Below are positions 22,398 through 30,525 of a stretch of 44,892 nt of DNA, one piece after another. Each line of letters opens with the position of its first letter. Position 1 is the first letter of the stretch. The stretch lies in the sequence record SRR20825010_277. The stretch is one strand, 5' to 3'. A program made the position numbers and the translations under genes. The notes under the pieces are model-generated. The model saw nothing but the letters and a program-made list of their open reading frames with translations. It made no database searches and was not told where the DNA came from.

Positions 22398-22985
22398 TTG
22401 CGCGATCTTCTCACCAAACGCCTGTCAGGCTATGTACCCCGTTTGTTGACATTGGATTACCCCGAAGCAGCCGTACTCGTCCCGGTCACCAATGACCACG
22501 GAAACCCTGAAATCGTGTTTACCCTGAGGTCGGAAAACCTGAGTACCCACCGGGGGCAGGTGTCTTTCCCAGGCGGGCGGCGCGATCCGGAAGACCATTC
22601 CCTGGCCGATACCGCGCTGCGCGAGACCCACGAGGAAATCGGGCTGCCACCAGACCAGGTGGAACTGATTGCGCCGCTGAGCCAGGTCATGTCGCTGCAT
22701 CAGATTCTCGTAACGCCTTACGTAGGGGTGATACCCGGCGATCACCCTCTTCAAGCCAATCCTGCGGAAATCGATAGTATTTTCCGGGTGCCCGTTGAGT
22801 TTTTCCTGGACGACAATCGAGAACGCACAGATCCGCTCAACTTCCTCAACAATACCTTCTATGTCCCCTGTTATCGCTGGGAACGCTATCAGATATGGGG
22901 CCTGTCTGCGGTCGTTCTGGTGGATTTCCTCAATGCGGTTTACGACGCCGGTATTGATTTGCTGGAGCCGCCGCCGAAACGCTGA
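22398..22985 (+). CDS. nudL: CoA pyrophosphatase (Nudix, NudL-like)
   Basis: AAVLVP, LSTHRGQVSFPGG, ALRETHEEIGL and IWGLSA. Confidence 0.88.
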   Translation: MRDLLTKRLSGYVPRLLTLDYPEAAVLVPVTNDHGNPEIVFTLRSENLSTHRGQVSFPGGRRDPEDHSLADTALRETHEEIGLPPDQVELIAPLSQVMSLHQILVTPYVGVIPGDHPLQANPAEIDSIFRVPVEFFLDDNRERTDPLNFLNNTFYVPCYRWERYQIWGLSAVVLVDFLNAVYDAGIDLLEPPPKR

Positions 22986-23036
22986 CCAGCGTCTCCTGAC
23001 CCCTCCTTTCGAGTTCTCCTCTTTTTTTCGCGTTTA

Positions 23037-23073
23037 TCAGCGGGCCCATTTCTTGGGCCCGCTGACGTTTTAT
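23037..23073 (+). terminator. Rho-independent terminator after nudL
   Basis: Perfect 12-bp stem TCAGCGGGCCCA/TGGGCCCGCTGA with a 5-nt loop, followed by CGTTTTAT. Confidence 0.75.
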
Positions 23074-23141
23074 GTGTCCCTGAATGCTCAAGTGTTAGAC
23101 AAAGGTCTAATATGCTTGTAAATCGATCAGGTATTACATGG

Positions 23142-23156
23142 TGAATACTGTATGCA
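23142..23156. promoter_or_regulatory. Putative GntR operator
   Basis: Imperfect palindrome TGAATAC-T-GTATGCA immediately upstream of the GntR gene. Confidence 0.5.
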
Positions 23157-23192
23157 AACGACAAAAAGGAGTTGCGTCGTGGGGTGCGATCA

Positions 23193-23885
23193 ATGAAAAA
23201 AATTCAAACCGAGAAAAACCTGCCGGAGTTGATTTACGACTCTGTGGTCAATGCGATCGTTGAAGGTTTGCTTAAGCCGGGTGAGCGGGTCACACAAGAG
23301 ACGCTGGCCGAGAGACTTGATGTCTCGCGGTTGCCGGTAAGCCAGGCTATGCAGCGTCTGCGTGATGACGGGTTTCTGTCAGCGGTAGGGCGTCGGGGCC
23401 TGATGGTGTCGGTGCTTGATGAGAGTTTTGTGGCGCAGCTGTACGAATTCCGGTGTGGGATCGATCTGGTGAGTGCCGGGCTTGCCGCCCAGCGAGTGGA
23501 TGCCGGGGCGCGAAAGCGAGGTGAGGACATCATTGCCGAAGGTTTCGCGGCAGGGAAAGCACATGATCTCCCCGCTCTGATCGATGCTGACATGCGCTTT
23601 CATGGCTTCATCTACGAGCTGGCGGGTAACACCTTCATCCTTGACTCAATGGAGGCGCACTGGAACCACGTAAGGCGCGTCATGAGTGACATTCTCATTG
23701 TCGAGAAAAACCAGAAACAGATCTGGGAAGAGCACGAGGCAATACTGAACGCGGTATTGGCCGGTGATGCACGGACTGCTGAAACACTTGCCAGAGAGCA
23801 TGTGGAAACCGCATCAAAATGGCTTCAGAAAGAGATTCAAATCTGCCGTGAACCCCTGAAAAGAAGCGGGAGCACGATTAGTTAA
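23193..23885 (+). CDS. GntR-family (FCD domain) transcriptional regulator
   Basis: wHTH LKPGERVTQETLAERLDVSRLPV; FCD motifs DMRFH, EHEAILNA, EHV. Start 23193 (alternatives 23172/23184). Confidence 0.92.
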   Translation: MKKIQTEKNLPELIYDSVVNAIVEGLLKPGERVTQETLAERLDVSRLPVSQAMQRLRDDGFLSAVGRRGLMVSVLDESFVAQLYEFRCGIDLVSAGLAAQRVDAGARKRGEDIIAEGFAAGKAHDLPALIDADMRFHGFIYELAGNTFILDSMEAHWNHVRRVMSDILIVEKNQKQIWEEHEAILNAVLAGDARTAETLAREHVETASKWLQKEIQICREPLKRSGSTIS

Positions 23886-23900
23886 TCCAAGGAGAACGCG

Positions 23901-24326
23901 ATGCAAAACAATGACAAAAATGCAGCTGTGATTCGGGTAATGTTGGCAAAAATCGGTCTGGATGGTCACGATCGCGGCATTAAAGTGGTCGCTCGTGCTC
24001 TGCGTGATGCCGGCATGGATGTGGTCTATACCGGACTGCATCGCACGCCTGAAGAAGTCGTGGACGCTGCCATTCAGGAAGACGTGGACATCCTCGGCAT
24101 CAGCCTGCTGTCCGGTGCGCACATGCACATTTTCCCCAAGGTACTGGAGCTTCTGAAAGACAAGGAAGCTGAAGACATGATCGTTGCCGGTGGCGGTGTC
24201 ATCCCCGACGACGATGTCAAAGAACTCTACCAGATGGGCGTCCACAAGATTCTTCTTCAGGACACTCCTCCGCAAGAAATCATCGATTCGTTCCGGCAAA
24301 TGGTCGCAGATCGAGGTGCCCGATAG
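23901..24326 (+). CDS. hcmB: 2-hydroxyisobutyryl-CoA mutase small (B12-binding) subunit
   Basis: DGHDRG (DxHxxG), SLLSGAH and GGGVIP; in operon with hcl, meaH and hcmA. Confidence 0.88.
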   Translation: MQNNDKNAAVIRVMLAKIGLDGHDRGIKVVARALRDAGMDVVYTGLHRTPEEVVDAAIQEDVDILGISLLSGAHMHIFPKVLELLKDKEAEDMIVAGGGVIPDDDVKELYQMGVHKILLQDTPPQEIIDSFRQMVADRGAR

Positions 24327-24386
24327 TCAGGGCCGTGGCCGCAGATTTCCTCAGACGACAACCAATAACAATATCAGGAGTCTCCG

Positions 24387-25808
24387 ATGGAAGAGTGGAA
24401 TTTTCCCCCCAGTTATCGCAACGACTATTTTCCGGATACGAACAGTCCCTACTGGTTCCGGGACCGGGAGACGATGGACCCGGAAAAACGCGATGAGTTG
24501 ATTGTTGCGCGCATCCGCGAGGTGATGGCCTATGCCTACGACCACTCGCCATTTTACCAGCGCAAATGGGATGAGGCCGGTATAAAGGCCAATGACATCC
24601 GTACCCTCGCAGACTTCGAGGAAGTGCCCGTCGTCACCAAGCAGGAACTGCGCGATTCCCAGGCGAAAAATCCACCTTTCGGGGATTACCTCTGCTGTCC
24701 CGAAAGCGACATCCATCATATTCACGGCACTTCTGGTACCACCGGCCGACCCACCGCTTTTGGCATTTCCAGGCGTGACTGGGAAACCATTGCCAACAAC
24801 CATGCCCGGATCATGTGGGGGATGGGGTTGCGCCCCGGTGATACGGTATTTGTGGCGGCGATCCTGAGCCTCTACATGGGGTCATGGGGGGCGTTGATCG
24901 GGGCTGAAAGACTGGGTTGCAAAGCCTTCCCCTTCGGCGCTGGTGCGCCCGGGATGACTGCGCGAGCGGTAACCTGGCTCGGAATGATGAAGCCAGCCGG
25001 GCTGTATTCAACGCCGTCTTACGCGTTAAGGCTGGCGGAAGTGGCCCGCGAGGAAGGGGTAGACCCGAGAGAATTCGGCATCAAGGTGCTGTTCTTCTCC
25101 GGTGAACCGGGCGGCTCTATTCCGTCCATCCGCGACAAGATTCAGCAGATCTACGGTGCCAAGGTAGTTGACTGCGGAACGATGGCAGAGTTGACCCCCT
25201 GGATGCATGCCTCCGGTAGCGCAGACACCGAGGGCATGCTGCTTTGGCAGGACATTGTCTACACCGAAGTGGCTGATCCCAACACCCATCGCCGGGTGCC
25301 ATACGGCGATCAGGGAACGCCGATCTACACCCATCTCGAGAGAACGTCCCAGCCGATGATCCGGATGGTTTCCGGCGATCTGACCCATTGGGTGATGGAA
25401 GACAATCCCTGTGGTCGCACCTATCCCAGGCTGCCCAAAGGCATCTACGGCCGGATTGACGACATGTTCCAGATCCGCGGTGAAAACGTGTATCCCAGCG
25501 CCATTGCGGAAGTTCTGGAAGGCCTGGCTGGTTATGGTGGCGAGCACCGGATCATCATTTCACGGGGTGGCTCTATGGATGAGCTGGCTGTCAAAGCGGA
25601 GTTTGATCAGGAGGTCGCAGGCAGGGGCCCGGATGCGATCAGATCTCTCGGTGAGAAAGCAGAGGCTGAACTTAGCCGGGTACTGGGCGTGCGCGCACGG
25701 GTCGTCATGGTTGACCCCGAGACCTTTCCTCGCACGGACTTCAAAGCCCAGCGTGTGGTTGACGACCGCGATCTTTACCAGAGCCTCAACCAGAAGCGAG
25801 GAGGTTAA
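24387..25808 (+). CDS. hcl: 2-hydroxyisobutyrate-CoA ligase (PaaK-like ANL family)
   Basis: HGTSGTTGRPT P-loop, FFSGEPG and GRIDDM. The MEEWNFP N-terminus and SLYMGSWGAL match my recollection of Aquincola tertiaricarbonis HCL; operon context agrees. Confidence 0.85.
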   Translation: MEEWNFPPSYRNDYFPDTNSPYWFRDRETMDPEKRDELIVARIREVMAYAYDHSPFYQRKWDEAGIKANDIRTLADFEEVPVVTKQELRDSQAKNPPFGDYLCCPESDIHHIHGTSGTTGRPTAFGISRRDWETIANNHARIMWGMGLRPGDTVFVAAILSLYMGSWGALIGAERLGCKAFPFGAGAPGMTARAVTWLGMMKPAGLYSTPSYALRLAEVAREEGVDPREFGIKVLFFSGEPGGSIPSIRDKIQQIYGAKVVDCGTMAELTPWMHASGSADTEGMLLWQDIVYTEVADPNTHRRVPYGDQGTPIYTHLERTSQPMIRMVSGDLTHWVMEDNPCGRTYPRLPKGIYGRIDDMFQIRGENVYPSAIAEVLEGLAGYGGEHRIIISRGGSMDELAVKAEFDQEVAGRGPDAIRSLGEKAEAELSRVLGVRARVVMVDPETFPRTDFKAQRVVDDRDLYQSLNQKRGG

Positions 25809-26789
25809 ATGATTAACCGCATACCCTCGATGAAGCTCGCTGAACGTGTGCGGGAAGGGCATCTTCGCGCCATCGCCAGACTTATTACCCGCGTTGAAAG
25901 CGGCGGTGATGCTGAGGTGCGCGAAGCCCTGGCCGAGCTTTACAAAAGCACCGGCAACGCCCATGTGGTGGGCATTACCGGTGTGCCAGGAGCCGGGAAG
26001 TCCACCCTTGTCACGCAACTGGTCCATGAGTACCGGGCCAGCGGCCGCAAGGTCGGCGTTGTTGCTATTGACCCGTCCAGCCCGTACTCCGGCGGTGCGA
26101 TCCTCGGTGACCGTATCCGCATGGGCGACCTGGTGTCCGACCCCGGCGTTTTCATCCGCAGCATGGCCACCCGGGGAACCCTGGGCGGCCTCGCCAGGCC
26201 AGCCCTGGATGCGGTTGATCTTCTGGATGCAGGCGGCTTTGACGTGGTCCTGATCGAGACGGTCGGGGTGGGGCAGGACGAGGTCGATATTGTCCGTGCC
26301 GCCCACACGACCGTGGTCGTCAACGCGCCCGGGCTGGGCGACGACATCCAGGCCATCAAGGCCGGCGTTCTGGAGATCGCCGATGTCCATGTGGTGAGCA
26401 AGGCGGACCGGCCGGACTCCAACAAAACCATTCAGGAACTCAAGGCCATGCTGATGATGAGCCTGGAGCCGGGCGAGGGAATCTGGCGGGTGCCCGTGGT
26501 GCCTACCAGTTCCGAAAAGAATACCGGTTTTGAGGACCTGATGGCCGCCATTGATCGTCACGCTGAGCACCTGGAAAAAAGCGGCGAAATCACCCAGCGG
26601 CGGCACCAGATTGCATTAACCCGGGTGGTAAAGGTTGCTGAAGAGATTGTCCGGGATAATTTTGCACGTGACAGCAGGTCGCAGACCGAAGAGCTGCTCA
26701 AGAAGGTTACCCAGCGCGAACTGGACCCCCATGGAGCCGCAGTAACCTTGTTAAAAGCCATGAAGGAGACCATTCATGAAGCGCACTGA
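25809..26789 (+). CDS. meaH: MeaB-family GTPase chaperone for the B12 mutase
   Basis: GVPGAGKST, DPSSPYSGGAILGDRIRM, ETVGVGQDE and SKAD. Confidence 0.9.
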   Translation: MINRIPSMKLAERVREGHLRAIARLITRVESGGDAEVREALAELYKSTGNAHVVGITGVPGAGKSTLVTQLVHEYRASGRKVGVVAIDPSSPYSGGAILGDRIRMGDLVSDPGVFIRSMATRGTLGGLARPALDAVDLLDAGGFDVVLIETVGVGQDEVDIVRAAHTTVVVNAPGLGDDIQAIKAGVLEIADVHVVSKADRPDSNKTIQELKAMLMMSLEPGEGIWRVPVVPTSSEKNTGFEDLMAAIDRHAEHLEKSGEITQRRHQIALTRVVKVAEEIVRDNFARDSRSQTEELLKKVTQRELDPHGAAVTLLKAMKETIHEAH

Positions 26790-28473
26790 CCAGTATGACC
26801 CCGCTGCACTCAAGCACATGGAAAAAGAGTTCGACCAGTGGGAACAGAACGAGGTGTCGTCCTTTATCAAGCGGGCGCCGGAGAGCAAGACGGAATACAC
26901 CACCGCCTCGGGAATGCCGACGAAACGTACCTACACGCCACTGGACCTGAAGAATACGCCCTTTGAGGATATTGGTTTCCCTGGGCAATACCCGTTTACG
27001 CGGGGGCCATACCCCACCATGTACCGGGGCAGGAACTGGACCATGCGCCAGATTGCCGGCTTTGGTACGGCAAGGGAAACCAACGGTCGCTTCAAGTACC
27101 TGATCGCCCAGGGCCAGACCGGTCTGTCCATCGACTTCGATATGCCGACGCTGATGGGTTACGACTCCAGCCATGCCATGAGCCAGGGTGAGGTGGGCCG
27201 CGAAGGCGTTGCCATCGACACCCTTGCCGACATGGAGGAGTTGTTCGACGATATTGATCTGACCAAGATCTCGGTATCCATGACCATCAATCCGTCCGCC
27301 TGGATTCTCTACGCCATGTACATCGCCTTGGCGCAGAAGCGGGGATACGATCTCAATGACCTGTCGGGCACCATCCAGAACGACATTCTCAAGGAGTACA
27401 TTGCCCAGAAAGAGTGGATATTTCCGGTGCGGCCGTCGGTTCGCCTGGTGCGGGACTGCATCCAGTACGGCTCCGAAAACATGAAGCGGTACAACCCTAT
27501 CAATATCTCCGGGTATCACATTTCCGAAGCCGGTTCGACAGCGGTCCAGGAAGTGGCGTACACCATGGCAACCACCATGGAGTATGTCAGGACCGCCATC
27601 GATGCGGGTGTGGATGTGAATGAGTTCGGGCCGCGCCTGTCCTTTTTCTTCGTCAGCCAGGCCGACTTCTTCGAGGAAATTGCCAAGTTCCGCGCAGCCC
27701 GGCGGGTCTATGCCAAGATCATGCGCGAAAAATTCAACGCCACCAAACCCGAGGCCAGCCGGCTTCGTTTTCACGCCCAGACTGCCGCGGCCACCCTGAC
27801 CAAGCCGCAATACACCATCAACCCGATCCGTACCGCGCTTCAGGCACTGTCTGCGGTACTGGGTGGCGCCCAATCCCTGCACACCAACGGCATGGATGAA
27901 GCGTTCGCTATTCCAACGGAAGAGGCGATGCGTATTGCCCTGCGAACCCAGCAGATCATCGCCTACGAGACCAACATCACCCAGGTGGTGGACCCATTGG
28001 GCGGTTCCTACTATGTCGAGAACCTTACCGATGAGATCGAGAAGGAAGTCTGGAAGATTCTCGACGAAGTGGAAGAGCTCGGCGGCACGCTCCAGTGCAT
28101 CGATGACGGCTACTTCCAGAGGGGCATCTCCGATTCCGCCTACGATTTCGCACTGCGCAAGGCCAGCGGTGAGCGTCCGGTTATCGGCGTCAACATGTTC
28201 GTGCAGGATGAAGAGGATGTTGAAATCGAAACCCATCCCCACGATCCGGAAACCGAACGCCGGCAGATTGAGCGCCTGAATAGGGTCAAGGACAATCGCG
28301 ACGAGGAGAAAGTCCAGGACATGCTCAGGCAACTGAAAGAGCAGGCCGAGGACGAATCGGCCAATCTCATGCCCATCACCATCGAACTGGTGAAAGAGGG
28401 CGCCTCGATGGGCGATATTGTTGAAACCCTGAAAGGGATATGGGGAACCTATCGCGAAAAACCTGTAATCTGA
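26776..28473 (+). CDS. hcmA: 2-hydroxyisobutyryl-CoA mutase large (substrate-binding) subunit
   Basis: Acyl-CoA mutase TIM barrel with RQIAGFG (Ile93, where MCM has Tyr and ICM Phe), GLSIDFD (Asp120) and KEYIAQKE (Gln in place of the MCM Arg). These correspond to Ile90/Asp117 of characterised HcmA. Confidence 0.9.
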   Translation: MKRTDQYDPAALKHMEKEFDQWEQNEVSSFIKRAPESKTEYTTASGMPTKRTYTPLDLKNTPFEDIGFPGQYPFTRGPYPTMYRGRNWTMRQIAGFGTARETNGRFKYLIAQGQTGLSIDFDMPTLMGYDSSHAMSQGEVGREGVAIDTLADMEELFDDIDLTKISVSMTINPSAWILYAMYIALAQKRGYDLNDLSGTIQNDILKEYIAQKEWIFPVRPSVRLVRDCIQYGSENMKRYNPINISGYHISEAGSTAVQEVAYTMATTMEYVRTAIDAGVDVNEFGPRLSFFFVSQADFFEEIAKFRAARRVYAKIMREKFNATKPEASRLRFHAQTAAATLTKPQYTINPIRTALQALSAVLGGAQSLHTNGMDEAFAIPTEEAMRIALRTQQIIAYETNITQVVDPLGGSYYVENLTDEIEKEVWKILDEVEELGGTLQCIDDGYFQRGISDSAYDFALRKASGERPVIGVNMFVQDEEDVEIETHPHDPETERRQIERLNRVKDNRDEEKVQDMLRQLKEQAEDESANLMPITIELVKEGASMGDIVETLKGIWGTYREKPVI

Positions 28474-28515
28474 CCGGCTTTGAATACTGACAGAACCGGT
28501 TCACGGGAGACATGA

Positions 28516-29073
28516 ATGGTCAGGCTCACCAAGATCTATACAAAAACCGGAGACAAGGGCGATACCGGTCTTGGCGACGGCAGCCGCGTCGCCAAGCATG
28601 ACCTGCGTGTGGAAGCCTACGGCACGGTGGATGAGGCCAACGCAGTGATTGGTCTCGCGCGGCTGCATGTGGACGACGAACTGGACGTGATACTGGCACG
28701 CATCCAGAACGACCTGTTTGATGTCGGGGCGGATCTGTGCACCCCGATCGTGGAGAACCCGAAATACCCGCCACTGAGGCTCGCCGAGGGCAAGACCGTT
28801 GAGCTTGAGCAGGAGATTGACCGGTTCAACGCGGATATTCCGTCGCTTCGCTCCTTTATCCTGCCCGCAGGCAATGCTGCGGCTACGCATCTCCACCATG
28901 CCCGCACGGTAACGCGGCGTGCTGAGCGCATCATTGCTCAGCTACAGGAAGAGCAGGACATCAGCCGGTTGGTGCTGGAATACATGAACCGGCTGTCCGA
29001 TTTGTTGTTCGTTCTTGCCAGACACGCCAACAACCAGGGTAAGGACGATGTGCTTTGGGTGCCGGGTGAATAA
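28516..29073 (+). CDS. pduO: ATP:cob(I)alamin adenosyltransferase, PduO type
   Basis: KIYTKTGDKGDT, EAYGTVDEAN, ARTVTRRAER and YMNRLSDLLF. Confidence 0.93.
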   Translation: MVRLTKIYTKTGDKGDTGLGDGSRVAKHDLRVEAYGTVDEANAVIGLARLHVDDELDVILARIQNDLFDVGADLCTPIVENPKYPPLRLAEGKTVELEQEIDRFNADIPSLRSFILPAGNAAATHLHHARTVTRRAERIIAQLQEEQDISRLVLEYMNRLSDLLFVLARHANNQGKDDVLWVPGE

Positions 29074-29101
29074 TGCTGGCCCGCGACCAGGGTACTGAAG
29101 C

Positions 29102-30121
29102 GTGAATTTGTCGCCGCTGGAACATGGTGGCCGGTTACGCGCCGCCGCGAAGAAGTGGGCGATTCCGCTGGATCAATGGCTGGACCTGTCCACCGGTATC
29201 AATCCGAGTGGGTGGCCGGTTCCGGCGATCCCGGAAGAGGTCTGGCGCCGCCTGCCGGACCCTGACGATGGCCTGGAGCAACTCATTAGGCAATGGGTAG
29301 GTGCGCCGGACGCCGCTGCTTGTATGGCCTTGGCCGGCAGCCAGGCGGCAATCATGCACTTGCCCCGTATACGAAAGCCGTGCCGGGTAGGTGTGCCCTC
29401 TCCGGGGTACCAGGAGCATGGTCACAACTGGGCTGTTGCCGGCCATCGGGTGATCGAGATTGGCAACGACCAGCGAGAGGACGATGACGAAAGTTGGCTG
29501 GACGAGCTGGACGTGCTGGTGTGGATCAATCCAAATAATCCCACTGGCCAGGTTGTTGATCCGGACCGGTTGCTGAGCTGGCATCAGCGGCTTCAACGTC
29601 GCGGTGGGTGGCTGATTGTAGACGAGGCGTTCGTTGATGCCACTCCGGAACTCAGTGTCGGGTATGCGACCGACAGACCCGGTCTTATCGTCATGAGATC
29701 CCTGGGTAAGTTTTTCGGCCTGGCGGGCCTGCGGGCCGGAGCTGCGGTGGGAGACCCGGATATTGTTCGCCGATTGAGCGCAGTGATCGGGCCCTGGTCA
29801 ATCAGTGGCCCTGCGCGATTTATCATGGGCCAGGCGCTGGCGGACACCCAGTGGCAGGCGGCGACGATGGGGCGGCTGCACAGTGAAAGCCAGCGGTTGG
29901 CGGACTGCCTGTCGCGGCACGGACTTGAAGGAGCCGCAGGAACTGCGCTCTTTCGATACGTTCGGCATGGCCGGGCGGCGGACATTGCAGGCGAGCTCGC
30001 ACGGCGGGGAATCCTCGTTCGGGCGTTTGAGAATCCTGCTGCACTGCGGTTTGGACTGCCCGGTTCGGAACCGGAATGGACCCGGTTGGACCAGGCACTG
30101 TATTTAAGTCATCTGTATTGA
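29102..30121 (+). CDS. cobD: L-threonine-O-3-phosphate decarboxylase (CobD/CobC)
   Basis: LEHGG, WLDLSTGINP, NPNNPTG, DEAF and PLP lysine in RSLGKFFGLAGLR. Confidence 0.9.
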   Translation: MNLSPLEHGGRLRAAAKKWAIPLDQWLDLSTGINPSGWPVPAIPEEVWRRLPDPDDGLEQLIRQWVGAPDAAACMALAGSQAAIMHLPRIRKPCRVGVPSPGYQEHGHNWAVAGHRVIEIGNDQREDDDESWLDELDVLVWINPNNPTGQVVDPDRLLSWHQRLQRRGGWLIVDEAFVDATPELSVGYATDRPGLIVMRSLGKFFGLAGLRAGAAVGDPDIVRRLSAVIGPWSISGPARFIMGQALADTQWQAATMGRLHSESQRLADCLSRHGLEGAAGTALFRYVRHGRAADIAGELARRGILVRAFENPAALRFGLPGSEPEWTRLDQALYLSHLY

Positions 30122-30164
30122 TTTAGCACATAAGGGCTGCTAGTTTGGCGCCCGATTCGATGAA

Positions 30165-30392
30165 CACCGTGTTCAGGTAACGCTTTTTGCGGTATATCCC
30201 CGCCGGAAAGCGTAAAACGGGAAGTCGGTTAAAGTCCGACGCTGCCCCCGCAACGGTAAGTGAGCTAAAGGCAATCGAAAAAGCCACTGTGCGTCATGCA
30301 TGGGAAGGTGATTGCCCCGGACCGGCCCATCGGCTGATCCACTCGCAAGCCCGGAGACCGGCCTGAATGCACACCGGAAGTTGCGGAGGGCG
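30165..30392 (+). ncRNA. Cobalamin riboswitch
   Basis: AGGT...AAAACGGGAAGTCGGT...GCTGCCCCCGCAACGGTAA...GCCACTG...GGGAAGG...AAGCCCGGAGACCGGCCT (B12 box) upstream of btuB. Boundaries approximate. Confidence 0.95.
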
Positions 30393-30525
30393 ACGGCGGT
30401 GGGAGAGTTGCGTCGGTCTCACACCCGTACCCTGACTCGTATCCTGCCTCCCCAATCTCATACTCAAACTCCGCAACACAATAACCATCACGCGGGTGCG
30501 CGTGGTTTGCCAGCGAGTGTTGATT

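Noticed and set aside
24387-25808. Phenylacetate-CoA ligase PaaK
   Set aside because: No paa genes nearby; sequence and context fit the 2-HIBA-CoA ligase.
26707-28332. Long antisense ORFs (541 aa here; also 19877-20989, 25560-26606, 5992-6996, 17909-18880)
   Set aside because: Typical reverse-frame shadows of GC-rich, codon-biased genes, with no domain features.
26776-28473. Methylmalonyl-CoA or isobutyryl-CoA mutase
   Set aside because: The specificity position is Ile (RQIAGF), not Tyr (MCM) or Phe (ICM). The carboxylate-binding Arg is Gln, and Asp120 is present.
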